Part shown: one piece after another, positions 18,417-27,934 of the stretch
How the letters are laid out: each line of letters starts with the position of its first letter
How positions within the stretch are numbered: position 1 is the first letter of the stretch
Source: Verrucomicrobiota bacterium
GTDB taxonomy: Bacteria > Verrucomicrobiota > Lentisphaeria > Lentisphaerales > Lentisphaeraceae
Direction of reading: 5' to 3'
DNA: 64,000 nt
NCBI GenBank assembly: GCA_039798785.1
Contig: JBDKFG010000006.1
Coordinates: 58,832 to 122,831, forward strand
The notes under the pieces: generated by a model
Seen by the model: the letters and a program-made list of their open reading frames with translations, nothing else
Database searches by the model: none
Told to the model about the DNA's origin: nothing
Made by a program: the position numbers and the translations under genes

Positions 18417-21353
18417 TTAGACGCGTTGTTCGCCGTCGGCTTCCAGGTCCTTGGCGGCCTTGAGGTCGTCGCGGGTGGCGGTCTGGGGGCGGAAGCCCAT
18501 CGACATGAGCTGCTGCAGGGCCATGAGGAACTGCTGCTCCTCGGAGTCGGCGGCGGAGTGTTCGTCGAGGGGGGTGGAGTGGAGTTTGCGGAGCAGGCGT
18601 TCGAGCGATTGGTCTTCGGCGAACATGTTTTTCAGGATGTCGTCGGCGACGGCGATTTCGAACTCATCGAACATCTGGAAGGCCTGCTGCTTGTATTCGA
18701 CCAGGGGGTCCTTCTGGGCGATGGAGGAGAACTGGACGTTCTGGCGCAGGTGGTCCATGCCGCGGAGGTGCTCGATCCACAGCTTGTCGATGGCGGCGAG
18801 CATGATGTTGCGTTCGTGGCGGCGGAGATACTCGACTTCATCTTCCGACTCTTTCTTGACGTAGGCGGCCTCGATCCGTTCGGCCAGCTTGGCGGCGAGC
18901 TGATTGGGGCTGAGGGAGCCGTCGAAGGCGAGGGTTTCGAGATCGAGGTCGAGGGGGAAGGTGGCGGCGAGCCATTTCTCCAGGGGTTTGCGGTCGATCG
19001 GGCGGGGCCCCTTGGACTGATTCTTGGCGGCGGCGCGTTCGCATTTCTCCTCGAGGGTGTTGACCAGGATGTCGAAGAGGCGTTTGCGGGGGTTCTGGGC
19101 GTGGAGGATGTCGCGGCGGAGCTTGTAGATGATGGTCCGCTGCTTGTTCATCACGTCGTCGTATTCGAGGGTCTTCTTGCGCGAGTAGAAGTTCTGGTTT
19201 TCGACCTTCTTCTGGGCGTTCTCGATGGTGTAGGTGAGCATGCCGGACTCGAGCTGTTCGCCTTCTTTCAGGCCCATGCGTTCGAGGACGCCGGCGATGC
19301 GATCCGAACCGAAGAGGCGCATCAGCTTGTCTTCAAGGGAGATGAAGAAGAGTGAGGAGCCCGGGTCGCCTTGGCGGGCGCAGCGGCCGCGGAGCTGGCG
19401 GTCGATGCGTCGGGAGTCGTGGCGTTCGGCGCCGATGACGTGCAGGCCGCCGAGTTCGGCGACGCCTGGACCGAGCTTGATGTCGGTGCCTCGGCCCGCC
19501 ATGTTGGTGGCGATGGTGACGGCGCTGCGCTGACCGGCGAGAGAGATGATCTCGGCTTCGGCCTGGTGGCGGCGGGCGTTCAGGACCTTGTGGGGCACAC
19601 CGGCGTTCTGCAGATATTTCGAGATGATTTCCGAGACTTCGACGGTCGGGGTGCCGAGGAGGATGGGTCGGCCGAGCTCATGGACGGCCTGGACTTCCGC
19701 GGTGATGGCATTGTACTTCTCGCGTGCGGTCTTGAAGATGCGGTCGTTGAGGTCGGTGCGCAGGCAGACGCGGTTGGGCGGGATGGCGACGGTTTCGAGC
19801 TTGTAGATTTCCTTGAACTCGGCGGCTTCGGTGAGGGCGGTGCCGGTCATGCCGCCGAGCTTGGTGTAGAGGCGGAAGTAGTTCTGGATGGTGATGGTGG
19901 CGAGGGTCTGGGTCTCGGCTTCGATGCGGACGTTTTCCTTGGCTTCGAGAGCCTGGTGGAGGCCTTCGGAGTAGCGGCGTCCGGGGAGGGCGCGGCCGGT
20001 GTTTTCGTCGACGATGACCACTTTGCCTTCGCCGGAGCTGTAGTCGACGATGTAGGCGATGTCCTTCTCGTAGAGGCAGTAGGCCTTGAGGAGCTGGGCG
20101 ATGGTGTGGATTTCGGAGGTCTTGTTGGCGTATTTCTCCTGGGCGGCTCGGCGGGCGGCGAGGCGGCCGTCCTCGTCGAGCGACCTGTCGGCGTCGATGG
20201 TCTGGAACTGCTCGACGATGTCGGGCAGCAGGTAGGCGTCGGGGTCGTCGGGAGCGATGACGGCGCGGCCCTTGTCGGAGAGGTCGGTGTCGTGGTGTTT
20301 TTCGTCGATGGCGAAGAACAGTTCCTGCTTGGTCTTCTGGAGGAGGCCGCGGTTCGAATCGGAGTAGAAGCTGAGGTCCTGTTTTTCGTATTCGCGGCGG
20401 ATGTTGGCTTCTTCGAGGAGGGCCATGAGGCGCTTGTTTTTGGGAGAGCCGAGGCGGACCTTGCAGAGCTCGAAGGCGGCGTCCTTGAAGGCGTCGCTGC
20501 CGGGTTTTTCCGACTTCAGGACCTTCTCGGCCTTGTCGAGCATTTCCTCGATCAGGGCTTCCTGCTTGCGGACGAGGCGTTCGATGCCGGGTTTGAGGCG
20601 GTCGTAGTCCTGGCTGGAGGAGGCGACTGCGCCGGAGATGATCAAGGGGGTGCGGGCTTCGTCGATGAGGATCGAGTCGATTTCGTCGACGATGACGAAG
20701 TAGTGGTCGCGCTGGACGATTTCCTCTGGGCGGGTGGCCATGCCCTGGTCGCGGAGGTAGTCGAAGCCGAATTCCGAGTTGGTGCCGTAGGTGATGTCGC
20801 AGGCGTACTGGGCCCGGCGTTCATCGGGGTTTTGGCCGTGCTGGGCGCAGCCGACGGTCAGGCCCATCCAGCGGAAGATCTGGCCGATCCATTCCGAGTC
20901 GCGGCGGGCGAGGTAGTCGTTGGTGGTGACGAGCTGGCAGTTGCGGCCGGTCATGGCGTTGAGGTAGAGGGGCATGGCGGCGGTGAGGGTCTTGCCCTCG
21001 CCTGTCTGCATCTCGGCGATGCCGCCGCGGTGGATGACCATGCCGCCGATGAGCTGGACATCGAAGGGGATCATGTTCCACGTCTCGACCTTGCCGAGGA
21101 TGTCGAAGCTCTGGCCGCAGAGGCGGCGGCAGCAGTCCTTGACCACGGCGAAGGCTTCCGGCAGCATCGATTCCAGGCTTTCGCCTTTCTGGAAACGGGC
21201 GCGGAACTCCTGGGTCTTGGCTTTCAGCTGTTCGTCGCTGAGCGAGCTCAGGGTGGGGTAGATCTTGTTGATGCGATCGGCTTCGGCGCGGAGCTGCTTG
21301 ACGCGGCGGTCGTTGGCGGAGCCGAAGATGGCTTTGAAGAGGTTGGCGATCAT
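18417..21353 (-). CDS. secA: Preprotein translocase subunit SecA
   Basis: MQTGEGKT, DEIDSILIDEARTPLIISG, ATNMAGRGTDIKL, RRIDRQLRGRCARQGDPG, QKDPLVEYK. Confidence 0.98.
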   Translation of the reverse strand: MIANLFKAIFGSANDRRVKQLRAEADRINKIYPTLSSLSDEQLKAKTQEFRARFQKGESLESMLPEAFAVVKDCCRRLCGQSFDILGKVETWNMIPFDVQLIGGMVIHRGGIAEMQTGEGKTLTAAMPLYLNAMTGRNCQLVTTNDYLARRDSEWIGQIFRWMGLTVGCAQHGQNPDERRAQYACDITYGTNSEFGFDYLRDQGMATRPEEIVQRDHYFVIVDEIDSILIDEARTPLIISGAVASSSQDYDRLKPGIERLVRKQEALIEEMLDKAEKVLKSEKPGSDAFKDAAFELCKVRLGSPKNKRLMALLEEANIRREYEKQDLSFYSDSNRGLLQKTKQELFFAIDEKHHDTDLSDKGRAVIAPDDPDAYLLPDIVEQFQTIDADRSLDEDGRLAARRAAQEKYANKTSEIHTIAQLLKAYCLYEKDIAYIVDYSSGEGKVVIVDENTGRALPGRRYSEGLHQALEAKENVRIEAETQTLATITIQNYFRLYTKLGGMTGTALTEAAEFKEIYKLETVAIPPNRVCLRTDLNDRIFKTAREKYNAITAEVQAVHELGRPILLGTPTVEVSEIISKYLQNAGVPHKVLNARRHQAEAEIISLAGQRSAVTIATNMAGRGTDIKLGPGVAELGGLHVIGAERHDSRRIDRQLRGRCARQGDPGSSLFFISLEDKLMRLFGSDRIAGVLERMGLKEGEQLESGMLTYTIENAQKKVENQNFYSRKKTLEYDDVMNKQRTIIYKLRRDILHAQNPRKRLFDILVNTLEEKCERAAAKNQSKGPRPIDRKPLEKWLAATFPLDLDLETLAFDGSLSPNQLAAKLAERIEAAYVKKESEDEVEYLRRHERNIMLAAIDKLWIEHLRGMDHLRQNVQFSSIAQKDPLVEYKQQAFQMFDEFEIAVADDILKNMFAEDQSLERLLRKLHSTPLDEHSAADSEEQQFLMALQQLMSMGFRPQTATRDDLKAAKDLEADGEQRV

Positions 21354-21447
21354 GATCTGTAGGGATTCCGGGGGCGGCGGCGGCCGCGTGTTTCAAGGCG
21401 AAAGGGCAGGCTGGGTCAGCCTGCCCCGGGAGGCTGAGGCGGTGGCC

Positions 21448-22053
21448 TCAGGGTGCGGCGGGGGTGGCCGCAGCCGCGTCGGCCGTGGCGGGAGCTGCCG
21501 CGACGGGATCCTTGCTGCCGTTGACACTGTCGATGACGGCCTTGACCTCGTAGCGTTTCTGCAGGGCGCCGAGGCGGTTGCTGAGGATGAAGCGGGTCTG
21601 GCCGGCGGGCACTTCGAAGAGCAGTTGCACCGGGCTGCCCGGGGTGATGGTGTTGGCGTTGGTGATCGCCGCCTTGTCCCAGGCGACTTTCGCGGGACCG
21701 ACGTTGTGGACCTCGGGAATGGTCTTGGAGAAAGGCTTCCCGGAGTGGGCGAGGGCGATGGCGCGGACGCCTTGGGTCTGGCCTTCGGGGATGAGGAGGT
21801 AGTCGAGAATGCTGATCGAGCGGGCGGCAGCGAGATCGATGTTGAGGACGACGAAGCTCTTGCCTTCGGCGGGGGTGAGCTCACTCGGGGCGGCTTCGTC
21901 GGCGTTGCTGCGAGGGGTGCGCTTGAAGGCCTGGACCGTGGCGGGAGTGTCGACGGAGGTGATCTTGCCTTCACGCAGCTTGACGTCGCAGGGGGCGGCG
22001 GCGAAGCATTGGCCGGCAAGGAGGAAGGTGGTGATGGCGGCGAGGAATTTCAT
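21448..22053 (-). CDS. Secreted hypothetical protein
   Basis: Signal peptide MKFLAAITTFLLAGQCFA, RBS AGGAG, Ala/Pro tail. Confidence 0.75.
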   Translation of the reverse strand: MKFLAAITTFLLAGQCFAAAPCDVKLREGKITSVDTPATVQAFKRTPRSNADEAAPSELTPAEGKSFVVLNIDLAAARSISILDYLLIPEGQTQGVRAIALAHSGKPFSKTIPEVHNVGPAKVAWDKAAITNANTITPGSPVQLLFEVPAGQTRFILSNRLGALQKRYEVKAVIDSVNGSKDPVAAAPATADAAAATPAAP

Positions 22054-22334
22054 GGCGTGGATCTCCTGGGTGGATTTTCAGCGCCACAATGTATCCGCGG
22101 CTGGCGAGCTGGAAAGGCGGATCGGCAGCAATCGCAGGGGAAAGCGGTCGACCTGTATCACTCGCAGGAACGAAAGTAGCGAAGAAAGCTCGGTGGCCAC
22201 AATAAGGCACACAGAGCGCAATAAGGAGAAAGATGAGCGGTCTCCGGCGCTGCCGATCAATCTTCCTTCGCGCTTCTGCGTGTTCTGCGGCCCAGTCGAG
22301 CTTGATTTGGAGTGATGCAGGTCGAAAGGGGGTT

Positions 22335-23078
22335 TCAGCCAGGGCTTTGGAAGCAGCCGATCGACCAGGGGATGCGCAAGACCCCCCCGCGGCGGCGGCG
22401 GTCCCCTGCGGTGCAGACGCGGCGGAGTTCGACGGCTGGCATAGGCGTGGTGTCGCGCCGGACGGCGCCGAGGCGGTGGAGGTGGCGGATGAAGGCCAGG
22501 GTGTCGGGAAATTCCTGGCGCCATTCCCGTGTCTGGCATCGGCTGCCTGCCGGCAGGAGCGCGAGGAGCGCATCGGGCCGCGGGTAGCGCAGGCCGGGGT
22601 AGGGCAGGCCGGCCTCTTCGAAGGCCGAGATGAAAGGTTCGAGGCTCCCCTCCAGGGGCAGGGCGAAGGCGAGGGCGCCTCCCGGCTCAAGCCGCTTCTG
22701 AAGCAGGGTGAGACTGCCAGGCAGATCGTCGAACCATTGCAGGGCCATTGACGAAACGATCAGAGAGTAGCGTTTGCCGGAAGGCAGTTCCTCGAGCTTG
22801 CTGAAGAGCCTGGATTGCATCTCAGGCCGCATCCTGCGGAGTCGTGCCTGAGCCAGAGCCAGCATGGCCGGAGAGTCGTCGAGGAGGTCGAATGAAAGCG
22901 TCGGGCAGGGCCCTAGCAGGGCTTCGCAAAGGGCGCCCGTGCCGCAGCCGACATCGAGGGCCGAGCCAGCCTGGACAGGGGGCTTCAGCCAGCGGCAGAG
23001 CTCCGCAGCGATGTCCTGTTGCAGGACGGATTCCCGGTCATAGCCGGCGGCGGCGGCTTCGAAGTTAGCTTTAGGCAC
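22335..23078 (-). CDS. bioC: SAM-dependent methyltransferase, BioC-like
   Basis: FEAAAAGYD...LQQ, LDVGCGTG, SSMALQW, LEPGG; bioF is nearby. Confidence 0.8.
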   Translation of the reverse strand: MPKANFEAAAAGYDRESVLQQDIAAELCRWLKPPVQAGSALDVGCGTGALCEALLGPCPTLSFDLLDDSPAMLALAQARLRRMRPEMQSRLFSKLEELPSGKRYSLIVSSMALQWFDDLPGSLTLLQKRLEPGGALAFALPLEGSLEPFISAFEEAGLPYPGLRYPRPDALLALLPAGSRCQTREWRQEFPDTLAFIRHLHRLGAVRRDTTPMPAVELRRVCTAGDRRRRGGVLRIPWSIGCFQSPG

Positions 23079-23116
23079 GGGGCGGGCCGGGGTTGCGACT
23101 GGGCATCAGGGGGGTC

Positions 23117-24028
23117 TCAAGCGCCGGGGAAGTCTTTGCGATGGCGCTTCACCGCCGCGACGCATTCCTTCAGGAAGAAGTCGGCGATGTCGGCCGGAAC
23201 GGCGCCTTCGCGCCAACAGAGGCTGAGCTCGACCGGCGGGAAGCGCTTGACCACCAGGGCCCGCAGCTTCAGATCCTTGAGCAGGAAGGCAGGAGGATGC
23301 GGCATGAAGCCGAAGCCGAGGCCGAGGCGGATGTACTTCAGGGCGGTGGGGATGGAGTTGGTCGCGGCGCCCCAGCGCGGCGCCAGGGTCAGCTTGCGCA
23401 GCTCGTCGTGCAGCAGGTTCATGCCGCCGCTGTGTTCCTGCAGGGCGACCCAGCGGACATCCTGCAAGGCGCTTTCGCTCCACACCGGTTCGCCCTTCGC
23501 CGCCCAGGGATGCTCCTGGGGCACGACGACGCACCAGGGCAGGCTCATCAGGGTGGCGTGGCGGAGCCGGCGGTTGCGCGGCGGCGATTCGATCGAGACG
23601 GTCAGGTCGAGCTCCTGGGCGATCAAGGCGCGGTGGGGATCCCGGCCTTCGAGATCGGAGACGTTGGGGATGACGTCGGGGTGGGCCTTGAGCAGGGCTT
23701 CGAGGATCTCCGGCAGATAATGGTCGGCGATCAGGGCGGCGCAGCCGATGCGGAGTCGGCGGCTGCCCAAACCCTGCAGCTCGTCCTCAAGGGTGCTGAG
23801 CTTCTCCATGAAGGGGGCGACGGTGGCCAGCAGGGTGCGTCCGGCGTCGGTGAGAGCGAAGGGGCGGCGCTCGAATAGGGCGACCCCGAGGGACTTCTCG
23901 AGGCTGATCATCTGCTGGCTGATCGCCGGTTGCTGGATCGGGTAGGGGATGACTTTCAGAGCCTGAGTGATGCCGCCGGCTTCCGCGACGTAGTAGAAGA
24001 GCTCAAGATGGTGGAGATTGATCTTCAT
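23117..24028 (-). CDS. LysR family transcriptional regulator
   Basis: HTH LELFYYVAEAGGIT...QQPAISQQMISLEKSLGVALFERR. Confidence 0.93.
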   Translation of the reverse strand: MKINLHHLELFYYVAEAGGITQALKVIPYPIQQPAISQQMISLEKSLGVALFERRPFALTDAGRTLLATVAPFMEKLSTLEDELQGLGSRRLRIGCAALIADHYLPEILEALLKAHPDVIPNVSDLEGRDPHRALIAQELDLTVSIESPPRNRRLRHATLMSLPWCVVVPQEHPWAAKGEPVWSESALQDVRWVALQEHSGGMNLLHDELRKLTLAPRWGAATNSIPTALKYIRLGLGFGFMPHPPAFLLKDLKLRALVVKRFPPVELSLCWREGAVPADIADFFLKECVAAVKRHRKDFPGA

Positions 24029-24043
24029 GCAGGATCCTGGAAT

Positions 24044-24997
24044 TTATTGGCGTGCCGCGCCGGTCTCGGCCCGCAGGGCGAGGAGGCAGCCCACGAGGCA
24101 CCAGGCGGCGGTCTGGACGGCGGAGTAGAGCCCGAGCTGGAAGAGGTAGGAGGCGGGGATGGGGATGCCCGAGGCGAGCGGGTCGGCCAGCCAGAAGGCC
24201 TGCCAGTCGGGGATGAGGGCTCGGACGACGGCTCCCCAGGCGGGGTCGCCGGCGTAGTGGAGGAGCCCTCGTTGCGCCAGTCCGAGGAGGAGGAGGCTGG
24301 CGCAGAAGCCGAGGACGGCGCCGGTGCCGAGGCGGATCGAGGCGGCGGTGGCGGCCGCGCTCATCACCGGCGCGGCGAAGAGCACCGCTACCAAGCAGGC
24401 GGCAAAGCCGTGATGAAGCCCGGCGCTGCTGCCTTCGGCGGCTGGCCAGAAGTGAGCCGCCAGGGCCAGAAGGGCGAGCAGGACGAGCAGGGCCGACTGG
24501 GTCGAGGAGCTGAAGCTGACGCCGCTCGACCAGTTGCGCCAAGCGCCCCAGGCGCAGGCCGCGACGATAAGTCCCCAGTAGGTCCAGTAGAGCCCCCATT
24601 CAAGTTCGAACTGGTCCGGCGTGGCGCGCAGGACCACCAGGGCGCCGAGCGCGACCACGAGGCTGTGCCCGAGCACGGCGAGGGCGGTTCCGCTCATCTT
24701 GGCGAGCAGCCAGGCGGCAGGGGAGACCGGTTTCGACAGGACCAGGGCCGCGGTGCCGCTGCGCAGTTCCCGCCCTAGACCCAGCGAGGCGAGCAGGGCG
24801 GCAAGCACCATGCTCGAGCTGAGGAGGGTCATCAAGGCGTTGTCGGTGATGATCTTGAACTCTTCCCGGAAAACGAAAAGAGCCAGGGGCGGCAGGAGGC
24901 CGACCAGGCTCAAGGCGCAGAGCGTGACGATCAGGCAGAGGGGCTCGCGTTGCGATTCCCGCAAGGTGTTGCGGGCGACTTGGACGAAGCCCATCAT
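24044..24997 (-). CDS. ABC-2-type permease-like membrane protein
   Basis: Multiple TM segments; ARNTLRE and RELRSGTAALVLSKPVS..LLAK. Confidence 0.75.
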   Translation of the reverse strand: MMGFVQVARNTLRESQREPLCLIVTLCALSLVGLLPPLALFVFREEFKIITDNALMTLLSSSMVLAALLASLGLGRELRSGTAALVLSKPVSPAAWLLAKMSGTALAVLGHSLVVALGALVVLRATPDQFELEWGLYWTYWGLIVAACAWGAWRNWSSGVSFSSSTQSALLVLLALLALAAHFWPAAEGSSAGLHHGFAACLVAVLFAAPVMSAAATAASIRLGTGAVLGFCASLLLLGLAQRGLLHYAGDPAWGAVVRALIPDWQAFWLADPLASGIPIPASYLFQLGLYSAVQTAAWCLVGCLLALRAETGAARQ

Positions 24998-25013
24998 GAG
25001 ATCGGCCGGAGCT

Positions 25014-25589
25014 TCAGCGGGCGGCGGGAGGGAGGACGGGCTTGGGCTCGGTCACTTCGATGCCGCTCGGGATGAACTTGACGCCGGCTTTCTCAAGCTT
25101 CTCTCTCTCGGCCTTGTATTCCTCGAGGAGGCCGCTGATGCCGAAAAGCTCTTCCGCCTGGGAGGCGACGATCATCCAGTCGCGATGGTCGATGGCGTAG
25201 GACTTGATCGCGGGATTGAGCTTTTCCTTGAAGTACTTCGGGGTGTGGTCGGGATTGCCGAGGAAGACCACCTGTTCGGGGTGGGCGAAATTGATGAAAT
25301 TCGAATATTCCTTGGTCTCGACCAAGAGGACGTTGTTGACCGGCTCCTCGTCTTCTTCAGCTTCGACCTGGGCGGGTACGAAGGACACGGCGCGGGGCTT
25401 GAGATGGTCGATGTAGAGGATCGGCTGCTTGGTGTGGCGCTGGATCAGCTCGGCGAGGAGACGGGCTTCGACGGTGTTGCCGGTGACGATCACGGTGCTG
25501 ATGGTCTTCTCATCGTTCTTGATTGCGGCTGCAGCGGTGCTGGCGGCAAGGACGAGGGCGGCGGCGGCGGCGAGGAAACGACCGGTCAT
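25014..25589 (-). CDS. Secreted hypothetical protein
   Basis: ATG at 25589 after AGGAG; signal peptide MTGRFLAAAAALVLAASTAAA. Confidence 0.75.
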   Translation of the reverse strand: MTGRFLAAAAALVLAASTAAAAIKNDEKTISTVIVTGNTVEARLLAELIQRHTKQPILYIDHLKPRAVSFVPAQVEAEEDEEPVNNVLLVETKEYSNFINFAHPEQVVFLGNPDHTPKYFKEKLNPAIKSYAIDHRDWMIVASQAEELFGISGLLEEYKAEREKLEKAGVKFIPSGIEVTEPKPVLPPAAR

Positions 25590-25854
25590 GGGGATTCTCC
25601 TGGGGGGCGGGTTGTAAAATTGGTGCGCCACTATAGCGGTCTGCGTCCATGTCTCAAGTCCTGCCGAGACGCAAAGAAGCAATTCCGGGTGACTCGATGC
25701 CGCCGGTGGGATGGTGTGGCCGGAAAGATGTGCGATCCTCTTCTCCCTGACGGCCAAGCGCAAGGCATTCCTGCCCATAGACGCCTGCCACTCTTGATTT
25801 CACTTGCTTTGCGGCTCCATTCCTTCCCGACATCAATTTTCACCGGAGTTTTCC

Positions 25855-26649
25855 ATGGATAGTTTCCGTCTGGCCCTGGCGCAATCCTGCTCGGGCGATC
25901 AGGTCGAGCCGAACCTCGACTGGGCCCGTCAGCAGATGGCCGAGGCGGCAACGAAAGGGGCGCAGCTGCTGCTCCTGCCGGAGTGCATCCTCTGCCAGGC
26001 GAAGCCGGAAGGCATCGCCCCCTCGGCCCGCACCGCCGCGGACTGGCAGGCTCTTCTCGGCCCTCTTTCCGCATTCCACAAACTGCCGGCCGTCTGGGGC
26101 GGGCTGCCGGAATGGCGCGACGGCAAAATCCACAACAGCTCCTTCTGCTTCGATGCCAGCGGCGCCAGCCTCGGCATCTACCGTAAAACCCACCTCTTTC
26201 AACTCTTCGCCGGAGAGAGGCAGGTCGATGAAACCGCCATCTACGCCTTCGGGGAGGGGGCGCCGCTCGTCCTCCACCTCGACGGCTGGACCTTCGGCCT
26301 TACCATCTGCTACGACCTGCGCTTTCCCGAGCTCTGGCGCCGCTACGCCGGTGCCGATTGCATCCTCAATACCGCCGCCTTCACCCGCAAGACCGGCAGG
26401 GCCCACTGGGATCTTCTGCTCAGGGCCCGGGCCGTCGAAAACCAGTGCTTCGTCGCTGCCGCCGCCCAGTGCGGCGTCCACCCCGGAACCGGCATCGCCA
26501 CCTACGGACATTCCTGCGTCATCGATCCCTGGGGGGAGCTGCTCGCCCAGTCGGGCGACGAGCCAGGCCTGCTGATTCAGGAGATGCGACGTTCGCGGCT
26601 CGACGAGATCCGCGGTTTCGTCCCTTCGCTCTTCAGCCGTAGAATGTGA
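25855..26649 (+). CDS. Carbon-nitrogen hydrolase (Nit1/YbeM-like amidase)
   Basis: LLPEC, YRKTHLF, ICYDLRFPE, RARAVENQ, YGHS. Confidence 0.9.
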   Translation: MDSFRLALAQSCSGDQVEPNLDWARQQMAEAATKGAQLLLLPECILCQAKPEGIAPSARTAADWQALLGPLSAFHKLPAVWGGLPEWRDGKIHNSSFCFDASGASLGIYRKTHLFQLFAGERQVDETAIYAFGEGAPLVLHLDGWTFGLTICYDLRFPELWRRYAGADCILNTAAFTRKTGRAHWDLLLRARAVENQCFVAAAAQCGVHPGTGIATYGHSCVIDPWGELLAQSGDEPGLLIQEMRRSRLDEIRGFVPSLFSRRM

Positions 26650-26669
26650 ATTCTTCACAAGGTGTATCC

Positions 26670-27458
26670 ATGAGATCGAGAGAGTTGCTTGCAAAGGCGG
26701 GAGTCCGCCTGCCGAAAGTCATCGCAGTCGACTGGGACGGAACCCTCTCGACGCTGCGCCAGGGAGGCCCCCGGGTCCTCCGGGCTTTCCTGGCCGAGGC
26801 TTTTCGTGAGGCCGGGCTGGATCCGGAGTCGCATCCCGAGGCGATCCGCCATTTCGTCCATGGAGCCGCGGGCTCCACCGCTCACACTCAGGCGAGGAAG
26901 ATGTCGCAGCTGCTGGAAAGTCTCGGCGGCCGCCCTTTCTCATGCGTCGAGCGGGCCGGTGACGCCTTGTCGCGCGGCTATGAGCAGCGCTGCCTGGCGC
27001 GGCTGAAATGGCGCCCCCGCCGCTGGCTGCTGCCAGGAGCTCTCGGTCTCCTTCGCGACTGCCGCCGCCACGGCATCGCGGTGCATCTGGTCACCGGCAG
27101 CCCGCAGGTCTCGGTCGAGGAGGAGATCCGCCGTCTCCGCCTGCTTCCCTATTTCACCGCCGTCCACGGCGCCAGCCCGGGCGACGGCCCGGATTTCAAG
27201 CGCCTGCGCTTCGAGTCGATCGCGGCCAGGCACGGGATACCGCTCTGCCAGCTGGGGGTGGTCGGGGATGGCCCAGGCGAGATGCGGGCCGGACAGGCCC
27301 TCGGTTGCCCTCTTGTCGGCATCGCCATCGAGGAAAGCCGCCATCACGCCTGCGAAGTCAAGGCGCGGATCCTTCGCGATCTCGGGGTCGTCCTCATCAC
27401 CGATCGCCTCTGCCGAGTCCTTCCTCTGCTCAGCCAGCAAATGAAACAGGAGCCCTGA
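26670..27458 (+). CDS. HAD family hydrolase
   Basis: DWDGTLS (motif I), VTGS, VVGDGPGE. Confidence 0.8.
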   Translation: MRSRELLAKAGVRLPKVIAVDWDGTLSTLRQGGPRVLRAFLAEAFREAGLDPESHPEAIRHFVHGAAGSTAHTQARKMSQLLESLGGRPFSCVERAGDALSRGYEQRCLARLKWRPRRWLLPGALGLLRDCRRHGIAVHLVTGSPQVSVEEEIRRLRLLPYFTAVHGASPGDGPDFKRLRFESIAARHGIPLCQLGVVGDGPGEMRAGQALGCPLVGIAIEESRHHACEVKARILRDLGVVLITDRLCRVLPLLSQQMKQEP

Positions 27459-27853
27459 TGAATCCCGTCGATCTCTGCCCCTGCGGCAGCTGCCGCAAAG
27501 AAGCCGTGTGCTGCAACCCTTTTCTCGACGGCAGCCGCCTTCCTGCCACTGCCGAAGAGCTGATGCGCTCGCGCTACACCGCCTACACCCGCGCCGACGC
27601 CCAATATTTGATCGCGACCCTGCATCCGTCGCAACGCAGCGCCGACGATGAAGCGAATATTCTCGCCTGGGCCCACGGCAGCCGCTTCACCGGTCTCAGT
27701 GTCCTCAAGACCAAGGCCGGCAAGGCCAAGGACAGCGAAGGCGTGGTCGAGTTCGTCGCCCGCTTCAGCGACGCCGACGGCACCTACGCCCACCGCGAGA
27801 CCTCGCGCTTCGTCAAAGAGGACGGCAAGTGGTGGTATGTTTCGGCCTTGTAA
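27458..27853 (+). CDS. ychJ: YchJ family protein (SEC-C motif)
   Basis: CPCGS...CC, TAEELMRSRYTAY, GVVEFVARF, HRETSRF..W.Y. Confidence 0.92.
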   Translation: MNPVDLCPCGSCRKEAVCCNPFLDGSRLPATAEELMRSRYTAYTRADAQYLIATLHPSQRSADDEANILAWAHGSRFTGLSVLKTKAGKAKDSEGVVEFVARFSDADGTYAHRETSRFVKEDGKWWYVSAL

Positions 27854-27934
27854 GCAATCCGCGGCTTGTCCGACATCGCGATATCGTGATGTCGAGATAT
27901 CGACCAAGCTCTCCTCCTCATGCCAAGGGCTCTT

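Noticed and set aside
18417..18620. SecA lacks the C-terminal SEC-C zinc motif while a SEC-C-bearing YchJ lies nearby
   Set aside because: Both states are common and there is no evidence of a functional link.
19371..21362. Long ORFs antisense to real genes (also 47596..50271, 31212..33356, 27344..29593, 52622..54343, 41874..43658, 15331..16812)
   Set aside because: Shadow ORFs expected in high-GC DNA; the opposite strand encodes clearly recognisable proteins.
22060..22334. Possible small gene between the bioC-like gene and the secreted protein
   Set aside because: Open frames exist, but with no convincing start, RBS or motif.
27871..27903. CGACATCGCGATATCGTGATGTCG palindrome before hemG as an operator
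   Set aside because: It is built from 8-mer tandem units like the other intergenic arrays; no regulator can be assigned.
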